A program made the translations under genes and the position numbers. A DNA stretch of 64,000 bases, from assembly GCA_963666515.2 (NCBI GenBank), contig OY762897.2, positions 1,856,001-1,920,000 of the forward strand, read 5' to 3'. The first letter of the stretch is position 1; each line of letters starts with the position of its first letter. This document shows, piece after piece, positions 57,039 through 64,000 of this stretch. This DNA comes from Candidatus Binatia bacterium. GTDB taxonomy: Bacteria > Desulfobacterota > Binatia > UBA9968 > JAJDTQ01. The notes below the pieces were generated by a model. That model did not search any database. It had not been told where the DNA came from and was given only the letters and a program-made list of their open reading frames with translations.

Positions 57039-57626
57039 CTAGCGCCGGCGATCGCGGTGCGCCCGGCGACGGTGGTCCGACCGGTGATGGTGGTGCGATC
57101 GGTGGCGATGATGCAACCGCTGGCGATGGTGACGCCGGTGACGGTCGATCTTGTGGCGGTGACGGCCGAACTCGTAGAACAGGTGCAGAGACACCGGCGG
57201 GTAGTACCAATAGGAACCATAGTAGGGGTGATGGCGCCAAGGGTCATCATGCCGGCGGGTGTAGACCGGCTTTGGCGCCACCGGTCGGAGCCAGACCCCG
57301 GCCGCCGTGCGGCAGCGCGTGCTCCTGGCCTCGGCCTCCCTGCCGTCGATGGTGAGTTCGCGTTCGAACTTGCGGCAGTCCTGGCCCGCGGAATTGCGGT
57401 ATGTAAGCGTCGGCGTGACGCGGCCGTGGTGGCCGGTCGCCGGGTTCTCCCATAACTCGGCCTGGCCGGTCCTGTTGAACTCGAGGGCGTTCTGAACAGC
57501 CTGTTCCTGGCGCCGTCGGTCGCCATCGGACAACAGCGCATCGGGCGACGGCGCGGCCGCCTGCGCCGGGGCCATCCACAGCGCCAGCGCAACCAGGACC
57601 GGAAACGCGATGAGAGATCGTTTCAT
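57039..57626 (-). CDS. RT0821/Lpp0805-like (17-kDa surface antigen) exported protein with His/Arg-rich tail
   Basis: Signal peptide AQA; WENPATG, CRKF...CR...W; tail HRRHHRQRLHHRHRSHHHHR. Confidence 0.8.
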   Translation of the reverse strand: MKRSLIAFPVLVALALWMAPAQAAAPSPDALLSDGDRRRQEQAVQNALEFNRTGQAELWENPATGHHGRVTPTLTYRNSAGQDCRKFERELTIDGREAEARSTRCRTAAGVWLRPVAPKPVYTRRHDDPWRHHPYYGSYWYYPPVSLHLFYEFGRHRHKIDRHRRHHRQRLHHRHRSHHHHRSDHRRRAHRDRRR

Positions 57627-57726
57627 GAGACTACCCCAATCAAGAGAGTCCGCCGATACTGCGTCAAAGTATACTCCCCGGCAGGCACGTCCACAATCGG
57701 CCTGACCTGACTCGGTCTGGCCGACG

Positions 57727-57975
57727 TTAGCGCCCCTCCCGCTCCATGGCCGCCAGCCGCTCCCGCGCCTTGGCCGCGAAGGAGCTATCCGGATGGTCGC
57801 GGAGGATACGGTTGTAGAGCTTGCGCGCGTGCTCCTTGTTGTTCTGGACCTCTTCGAACTGCGCGGTCTCGAACATCTCTTCCGCACCGTCGCCGCAGCC
57901 CACCAGGGGCAGCGCCAACAGCACTCCCAGCGCAACCGCGACCGACATCCTTCGAACCGCTTCAAGCCTCGACAT
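57727..57975 (-). CDS. Small TPR-like lipoprotein
   Basis: Lipobox LVGC; ARKLYNRILRDHPDSSFAAKARERL. Confidence 0.75.
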   Translation of the reverse strand: MSRLEAVRRMSVAVALGVLLALPLVGCGDGAEEMFETAQFEEVQNNKEHARKLYNRILRDHPDSSFAAKARERLAAMEREGR

Positions 57976-58121
57976 TATGAATGAACCCCCAGCCACGTGA
58001 TCCAAGCGATGAAAAATAGTCAGAGTTTCCTAATTTGACAGGAACACGCGATTGTGGCGAACTGAACGCCGCATCGCGCATCCATTCATCATGAGCCGGA
58101 CCCGCAAGCCTGGAGGGTAAC

Positions 58122-59195
58122 ATGCCGATCATCGACGCCGACGCCCACGTGGTGGAAATAGACGAGACCTGGGAGTATCTCGCTCCCTCCGAGCGGGAAT
58201 ACAAGCCCGGCGTGGTCTACGAGAGGCTGGAGAACGGCGAGACCCTCAAGTACTGGGTCATCGGCGGCAACAAGGTGGGCACGCCGTGGCCGGGCGGCGG
58301 GGCTCGGAGCGACGCCATCACCGGCACCTTCATCGGCAACGTGCCGCTGGACCTCAAGGCCAAGTACATGCTCGACGTGGACGCGCGGGTGGCGCACATG
58401 GACGAGCTGGGCACCGACGTACAGGTGCTGTTCCCGACCCTGTGGGTGCACCCGCTGACGGACCGGCCGGCGGTGGAGAACGCGCTGTGCTGGAGCTACA
58501 ACCGCTGGCTGGCCGACATCCATTCGCGCGGGCACGGCCGCTTCCGCTGGGCCTGCGTGGCGTCGCTGAGCGACATCCCGGAGGCGCGGCGGCAGATGCG
58601 CTTCGCCCGGGACCACGGCGCGGTGGCGGTGAACATCTCGGGGCTGGACTACCGCAACCGGCTCATCAACGACCCCGACTTCTTCCCGCTCTACGAAGAG
58701 GCCAGCGACCTCGACATGCCCGTGTGCATCCACTCGGGCACCAACAGCCCGGACATGGACCGGGTGTGGGGCAGGCCCCTGTGCGGCTACCAGCGCAACA
58801 AGTTCGTGGGCCTCGGCGCGTTCCACCTGCTGATCATGTCGAACCTCCCCGACCGATTCCCCAAGCTGCGCTGGGGCATCATCGAGCTGAGCGCGGGCTG
58901 GCTGCCCTACCTCATCAACGACCTGCGGCGCCGCGTGGAACGGCGCGGCGGCAAGCTCAAGGAGCGCATCCTCGCCGACAACAACATCTGGGTCGCCGCC
59001 CAGATGAACGACGACCTGGAGCACGTCATCAAGTACGTGGGCGACGACCGCCTGGTGATGGGCACCGACTACGGCCACGCCGACTCCTCCACCGAGATCC
59101 ACGCCCTGCAACTGCTTCAGCGGCACGAGTTCCTCTCCCCGGAGAGCGTCTCGCGCATTCTCTACGACAACCCGGTGGAGCTGTACGCGCTGTAG
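58122..59195 (+). CDS. Amidohydrolase_2 family protein
   Basis: IDADAHV, YNRW, CIHSG, MGTDYGH. Confidence 0.9.
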   Translation: MPIIDADAHVVEIDETWEYLAPSEREYKPGVVYERLENGETLKYWVIGGNKVGTPWPGGGARSDAITGTFIGNVPLDLKAKYMLDVDARVAHMDELGTDVQVLFPTLWVHPLTDRPAVENALCWSYNRWLADIHSRGHGRFRWACVASLSDIPEARRQMRFARDHGAVAVNISGLDYRNRLINDPDFFPLYEEASDLDMPVCIHSGTNSPDMDRVWGRPLCGYQRNKFVGLGAFHLLIMSNLPDRFPKLRWGIIELSAGWLPYLINDLRRRVERRGGKLKERILADNNIWVAAQMNDDLEHVIKYVGDDRLVMGTDYGHADSSTEIHALQLLQRHEFLSPESVSRILYDNPVELYAL

Positions 59196-59234
59196 CGCAC
59201 CGTGAAGCGACCCGAGGCTTCAGGAGCACACCCC

Positions 59235-61466
59235 ATGGCAGACACCCCCGAGCTCGATCCCGTCAAGTACGAGATGTTCCTGCACCGCCTGTGGGCCATC
59301 GGCGAGGAGGGGCGCTCGTCCATCCAGAAGGTGACGGCCTCGCCCATCGTGGCCCAGGGCGGTGAGTGCATGGCGTCGTTCTACACGGCCGAGGGCGAGA
59401 TGATCCTGGCCTGCTCGGGGCACCTGCGGTTCGCCGCCGCCACCTCGGACGCCATCAAGAAGGTCATCGAGTGGTACGGCGAGAGCCCGGGCTTCTTCGA
59501 CGGCGACCAGCTCTTCTTCAACGACCCCTACATCGCCGGCGCCCACACCTACGACATGCTGATCATGAAGCCCATCTTCCATGACGGCGCGCTCACCAAC
59601 TGGATCGCGTCGAGCATCCACACCGCGGACACGGGCGGCTCCATGCGCGGCGTGGCCACGGAGATCTACCACGAGGGCATCCGCATCCAGGGCGCCAAGG
59701 TGGTGGAGAAAGGCGAGTTCCGCGAGGACGCCTTCCGCTGCCTGACGCAACAGTGCCGCGACCCGGAGTACGTGGGACAGGACATCCGCTCGCAGATCGC
59801 GTCCAACAACGTGTGCGCCCGGGGCTTCCTGGAGTTGGTGGAGAAGTTCGGCCGGGACTTCATCGACCAGGCGGGACGCAAGGTCATCGAGGACTCCGAG
59901 CGCATGGCGCGGGCGCGGCTGCGGGACCTGCCGGACGGCAACTGGACCTCGGTGATCCCCGGCACCGCCTGGGACCGCAAGGGCGGCGGAGTGAAGCCCT
60001 ACCACGTGGTGTGCCGGCTGGAGAAGAAGGGCGAGGACATGCACCTCGACTTCAGCGGCACCAGCGGCCAGATGAACGACATGTCCAACTCCACGCTGGC
60101 CGGCACCATGGCGCAACTGGCGGTGGCGCTGACCGACTTCCTGTTCTGGGACGTGCCCTGGAGCGACGGCAAGTTCAAGCCCATCTCCGTCACCATCCCC
60201 GAGGGCAGCATCCTCAACTGCCGCTTTCCCGCGGCCTGCGGCAACGCGCCCGCGGTGGGGGTGACGGCCAAGGTGGCGCTCCACGACTGCATCTCGCGCA
60301 TGCTCTACAGCGGCGGCAGCGACGACATCAACGCGGCCTGGCAGGGCATCTGGTACGGCGGCGGGCCGCTGGCCTTCTACGGCGGCCACAACCGCGAGGG
60401 GCTGGTGACGGCACAGGGGCTTTACGACGGCCACGGCGCCGGCTTCGGCGCCACGCCCACGCGGGACGGCGTCCCGTGCGGCGGCAACATGAACATACCC
60501 GGAGGCGGCGTCAGCGACATCGAGCGCATCGAGATGCAGTACCCGTTCATCTACTTCACCCGCAACAACCACATCGACGGCGGCGGCGCCGGCATGAACG
60601 CCGGCGGCACCGGCAGCTACCGCATCTACATGATCTTCGGCACCCGGGACTGCAGCGTGAACTACCCGCCCTACGGCTGCATGCCCGAGGGCGCGGGCCT
60701 GTTCGGCGGATACCCCACCGGCATCGGCGGCATCCGCGCGGTGTTCCACACCGACGGCGCCGCGCTGATGGAACGGCTGCGCGCGGGCGACTATCCCCTC
60801 CGGCCGGCGCAACTGGAGAGCGAGGGCTGGGGCGCGCTGGCCCATCCGGAGCATATCCAGGGACGCGTGCCGCTGCCGGAGCACTGCATCGTGGCCGACT
60901 TCGTGGGCGGCGGCGGCGGATTCGGCGACCCGCTGGAGCGCGACCCGGAGAAGGTCCGGCGCGACATCGGCGTCCGCGTCACCTCGCGGCGCATCGCCGA
61001 GGAAGTATTCGGGGTGGTGGTGACGGCCGACGGCGCGGTGGACGCCGAGGCCACCGCGGGCCGGCGGGAGGCGATCCGTGCCGAGCGCCTGGCACAGGGC
61101 GCGCCCCTGGCCGGCGCCACCAGCGCGGCGCCCAACGGAAGCCAAACCGCGGACGCGGGCGCCGACGCACTACGCTTCCATCCATGCATGGCCATCGCCC
61201 GCGAGGACGGCCGGCAAGTGATCCGCTGCACCCGCTGCGGCCACCGCTACTGCGAGGCCCACGACAACTACAAGCGCTACGCCCTCAGACGAAAGCGCGA
61301 CCTCGAGGAACTGTCCGGCCAAAAGATGCCGTCCGGCGAGCCCTACATCGCCAGCTTCATCGAGTACTACTGCCCCGGCTGCGCGGCCATGCTCCAGGTG
61401 GACACGTTCTGCCCCGAGCTGGACGACGAGAACGCGCCGGTGCGGGACTTCGGGCTGGAAGGGTAG
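59235..61466 (+). CDS. Hydantoinase B/oxoprolinase (acetone carboxylase alpha-like) fused to acetone carboxylase gamma-like Zn domain
   Basis: FFNDPY..AHTYD, HTAD, EGIRI, GGGGFGDPLERDP; C-terminal CTRCGH...YCPGC. Confidence 0.85.
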   Translation: MADTPELDPVKYEMFLHRLWAIGEEGRSSIQKVTASPIVAQGGECMASFYTAEGEMILACSGHLRFAAATSDAIKKVIEWYGESPGFFDGDQLFFNDPYIAGAHTYDMLIMKPIFHDGALTNWIASSIHTADTGGSMRGVATEIYHEGIRIQGAKVVEKGEFREDAFRCLTQQCRDPEYVGQDIRSQIASNNVCARGFLELVEKFGRDFIDQAGRKVIEDSERMARARLRDLPDGNWTSVIPGTAWDRKGGGVKPYHVVCRLEKKGEDMHLDFSGTSGQMNDMSNSTLAGTMAQLAVALTDFLFWDVPWSDGKFKPISVTIPEGSILNCRFPAACGNAPAVGVTAKVALHDCISRMLYSGGSDDINAAWQGIWYGGGPLAFYGGHNREGLVTAQGLYDGHGAGFGATPTRDGVPCGGNMNIPGGGVSDIERIEMQYPFIYFTRNNHIDGGGAGMNAGGTGSYRIYMIFGTRDCSVNYPPYGCMPEGAGLFGGYPTGIGGIRAVFHTDGAALMERLRAGDYPLRPAQLESEGWGALAHPEHIQGRVPLPEHCIVADFVGGGGGFGDPLERDPEKVRRDIGVRVTSRRIAEEVFGVVVTADGAVDAEATAGRREAIRAERLAQGAPLAGATSAAPNGSQTADAGADALRFHPCMAIAREDGRQVIRCTRCGHRYCEAHDNYKRYALRRKRDLEELSGQKMPSGEPYIASFIEYYCPGCAAMLQVDTFCPELDDENAPVRDFGLEG

Positions 61467-61651
61467 CCATCAAAAGCCGCCCGCTTCCGCGTCCTCCCAC
61501 AAGCGGTTGACCCCGTTCTCCGTCGATCATCCAGCCGCCCTCCACGGTCATGGCGTGGCAGTCCTTGCATTTTGGACATGTTTTTGCCATCTTATATTCA
61601 TATTTTAGCCACACATTGGCGGATTCTTTCGCCCGTGTTACAGCGGTCATC

Positions 61652-62629
61652 ATGGCCAAAGCACAGAAACTCGCACAGATTCGCCACGCCGCGGAACTCT
61701 ACTACGAGCAGGACCTGGGGCAGCAGGACATCTCGAAGATTCTGGGATGCTCGCTGTCCACGGTTTCCCGGCTCCTCGCGGAGGCCCGTGACCTGGGAGT
61801 CGTCGAGTTCAAGATACGGCGGCCCGCAGAAAACATCCCCGAGCTGGCGGTGGAGCTTCGCCAGCGCTTCCACCTGCGCGACGCCATCGTGGCGCCTGGC
61901 GGGAGCACCGAAAAGCTCAATTTCCGCAACGTGGGCATCGCTACCACGGAGTTCCTGACCGGCGTCATCGACGACCGCATGAAGGTGGGGATCACCTGGG
62001 GCAGGACGCTGACAGAGGTGTTGCGGGTGATGGAGCCGCGAGCCTTCGACGGCGTGGAGGTCGTGCAGATATCCGGGTCGCTGGAGTCGAGCGCTTCGGA
62101 AGAGTGCGGCCCGAAGACGGCCATCCGTCTGGCGGAGATCCTGCACGCATCCTGCCATCTGATTCCCGCGCCCGCCCTGGCCGATTCGAGGGAGGCGCGG
62201 GACCTGTTCCTGCGCCAACTCCAGATCCGCCGCGCCATCGACCGCGCCGCCGATGTCGACGTCATCATCCAGGGGATCGGGACGCTGTCGTCCGGCCAGT
62301 GCGGCCTGCAAAAGGCCGGCTACATCACCGAGGAACAGCGCAAAGCTGCGGTGGCCCGGGGCGCCGTGGGCCACGTGTTCGCGCGCATGATCGACATCCA
62401 CGGGCGCGAGGTCGGCGACTGCTCCGACCGCGTCATCGGCATCCCGTTGGAACGGATGCGCAACGCGCTCTGGTCCATCGGCGTCAGCGCGTCGCCGGAC
62501 AAGGCGCCCGCGGTCCTCGGCGCTCTGCGCGGCGGCTACCTCAACGCCGTGGTGATCGAAGAGGAAACCGCGCGAGAAGTGTTGAAGATGGCCGGAGCCA
62601 AGCCGGCGCGTGCCGGCGCCGCGGCCTAG
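61652..62629 (+). CDS. SorC/DeoR (LsrR-like) sugar-binding transcriptional regulator
   Basis: AELYY..Q..IS..LG.S..TVSRLL HTH; GITWGRTL; GAVG. Confidence 0.9.
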   Translation: MAKAQKLAQIRHAAELYYEQDLGQQDISKILGCSLSTVSRLLAEARDLGVVEFKIRRPAENIPELAVELRQRFHLRDAIVAPGGSTEKLNFRNVGIATTEFLTGVIDDRMKVGITWGRTLTEVLRVMEPRAFDGVEVVQISGSLESSASEECGPKTAIRLAEILHASCHLIPAPALADSREARDLFLRQLQIRRAIDRAADVDVIIQGIGTLSSGQCGLQKAGYITEEQRKAAVARGAVGHVFARMIDIHGREVGDCSDRVIGIPLERMRNALWSIGVSASPDKAPAVLGALRGGYLNAVVIEEETAREVLKMAGAKPARAGAAA

Positions 62630-62636
62630 AGGGACG

Positions 62637-63452
62637 TCAGGCCGAAGCCTCCTTCAGGAATTCCACCGCCTTGCGGTCGTAGACCTCGCCGGCGTCCCAC
62701 ATGAGCATGTGGCAAGCCTTGTCGATGATCTCCAGCCGGAGATCGGGCATCATCTCCTTGAGCTTGGCGCATTTCTCGGCCGCCTGGTTGCGGTCCTGCT
62801 TGCCGTAGAGCAGCAGCATGGGCGGCTTCACTTCCACGAGCCGCTCCCATAGCCGCGGCCCCTCCCGCTTGGGCTCCACCACCCGCTGCCGTTCCAGGAA
62901 CGTTTCGAGGTTCCTGCCCACGCTCATGCTGTGGCGCTTCTCCAGCACCTCCGGAGTGATCAGCTCCTTATGGTAAAGGTTCGACTCCAGGAGCTTGCGG
63001 CTGTCCTCAAGGGTCGGCGGCGCGTCGGTGCTCTCGGCGCTGGCGTGAGCCGGCGGCGGAAAATCCGGCAGTCCCTGCAGCAGGCTGCCGCTGCACACCA
63101 CCAGCACCTTGGCGACCCGGCCCGGGTGATCCAGGGCCGTCTGCACCACGATGCCGCCGGCCTGGGAGTGGCCGATGAGGGCGGCCTCGTCGGCGCCGAT
63201 GGCGCTCATGAACTCCGGCAGGAACCGGGTCCGGTAGGCCAGCGTGTAGTCCTCTGACGCATCGGACAGTCCGAACCCCGGCTGGTCGTAAGCCACCGCC
63301 CGGAACCCGGCGTCCGCCAGCGGCCCCAAGTGTCGCTCGAACACGTCCGCGGACGAGCCCAGCGAGGCGCCGTGCAGCATGATCACCGGCATCCCCGATC
63401 CTTCTTCCAGGTAACGAATCTTGAGACCGTCTACCGTGACTTCGCGTTCCAT
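62637..63452 (-). CDS. Alpha/beta fold hydrolase (C-C hydrolase-like)
   Basis: MLHG, DQPGFG, GHSQAG, GKQD, ACH. Confidence 0.88.
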   Translation of the reverse strand: MEREVTVDGLKIRYLEEGSGMPVIMLHGASLGSSADVFERHLGPLADAGFRAVAYDQPGFGLSDASEDYTLAYRTRFLPEFMSAIGADEAALIGHSQAGGIVVQTALDHPGRVAKVLVVCSGSLLQGLPDFPPPAHASAESTDAPPTLEDSRKLLESNLYHKELITPEVLEKRHSMSVGRNLETFLERQRVVEPKREGPRLWERLVEVKPPMLLLYGKQDRNQAAEKCAKLKEMMPDLRLEIIDKACHMLMWDAGEVYDRKAVEFLKEASA

Positions 63453-63486
63453 AAGCCTGTCCTCCATTGACGACGCAATATCATAC

Positions 63487-63894
63487 TTACTCAAGCTCAT
63501 GCGCGGCGGCCGCAAGCGGGTGACCGAGAAGACGCCTGTCCACAGTGAGCAGCCTGAGACCTTCCTCCTGAGCCTGGACGAGCAGCAACTCGTCGAACGG
63601 GTCCTTGTGATCGAGCGGCGTCTCAAGCCCGCGCGCGGCATGGCGGATGGTCATGGGCAGAAACGTCACCTCTTGATCTTCAAGAGCGGCCACCACGTCG
63701 TCCGGAGAGAAACGGCTCTTGCGCGCACCCGACGGGTGGCGGGCATTGTGCTTGAGCCGCATTTCCCAAATCGAGACTGCGCTCACAAAAAGCTCCGCGT
63801 CGCGTGCCGTCAAAATCCGGCGCTCCGATTCCAGCAACTTTCCCGGCCGGTCCATGAAGTCGAACAGGTAGGACGTATCGAGAAGGACGCGCAT
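63487..63894 (-). CDS. vapC: PIN-domain toxin (Sll0205-like VapC)
   Basis: LLDTS, SAVSIWE, HKDPFD, LLTVD. Confidence 0.9.
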   Translation of the reverse strand: MRVLLDTSYLFDFMDRPGKLLESERRILTARDAELFVSAVSIWEMRLKHNARHPSGARKSRFSPDDVVAALEDQEVTFLPMTIRHAARGLETPLDHKDPFDELLLVQAQEEGLRLLTVDRRLLGHPLAAAAHELE

Positions 63895-63905
63895 TGCCGA
63901 CCCGG

Positions 63906-64000
63906 CTATTCCTCATCGAGGCCGAGCACGCGGCGGCTGAAGGCGGGGTCGTTGAATTCCTCCGGCCAGCCTTCCCCGTCGCCCTCGATGCCGAGCCGGC
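63906..64000 (-). CDS. C-terminus of probable cognate antitoxin (truncated by window edge)
   Basis: Acidic tail RLGIEGDGEGWPEEFNDPAFSRRVLGLDEE* ending 11 nt before vapC. Confidence 0.6.
   Translation of the reverse strand, partial: RLGIEGDGEGWPEEFNDPAFSRRVLGLDEE

Overview
GC-rich bacterial chromosomal window with about 65 genes. No rRNA, tRNA, CRISPR array, transposase or integrase was seen. Most genes are catabolic or transport genes: three amidohydrolase_2 proteins, a core MetE-like enzyme, 3-hydroxyanthranilate dioxygenase, a Liv-type ABC importer next to a diiron HDO / molybdo-hydroxylase / UbiD cluster, tandem SDRs, an atypical M20 enzyme, a GMC oxidoreductase and a hydantoinase B-gamma fusion. 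A few housekeeping genes (mutY, msrB, ettA, tatD, grxD), four type II toxin-antitoxin modules and three families of REP-like palindromes are also present. The gene style resembles Binatota/Deltaproteobacteria-type sponge symbionts, but that is inference only. Three candidates stand out. (1) A tightly coupled minus-strand operon at 31104-35393: orphan NuoB, Rieske ferredoxin, CGFS glutaredoxin, atypical truncated globin, ferritin-like/VIT1 fusion and double nitroreductase. (2) A lower-GC island at about 36.5-40.6 kb in which a 288-bp higA-plus-tail segment is repeated; each copy is followed by a different cargo gene (a TM-Zn-ribbon protein, or an HNH nuclease with an unusual N-terminal domain), and the second antitoxin has a swapped N-terminus and a truncated toxin. 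(3) A REP element inserted in frame inside a coding sequence. All family assignments come from motif recognition by eye; no database searches were run.
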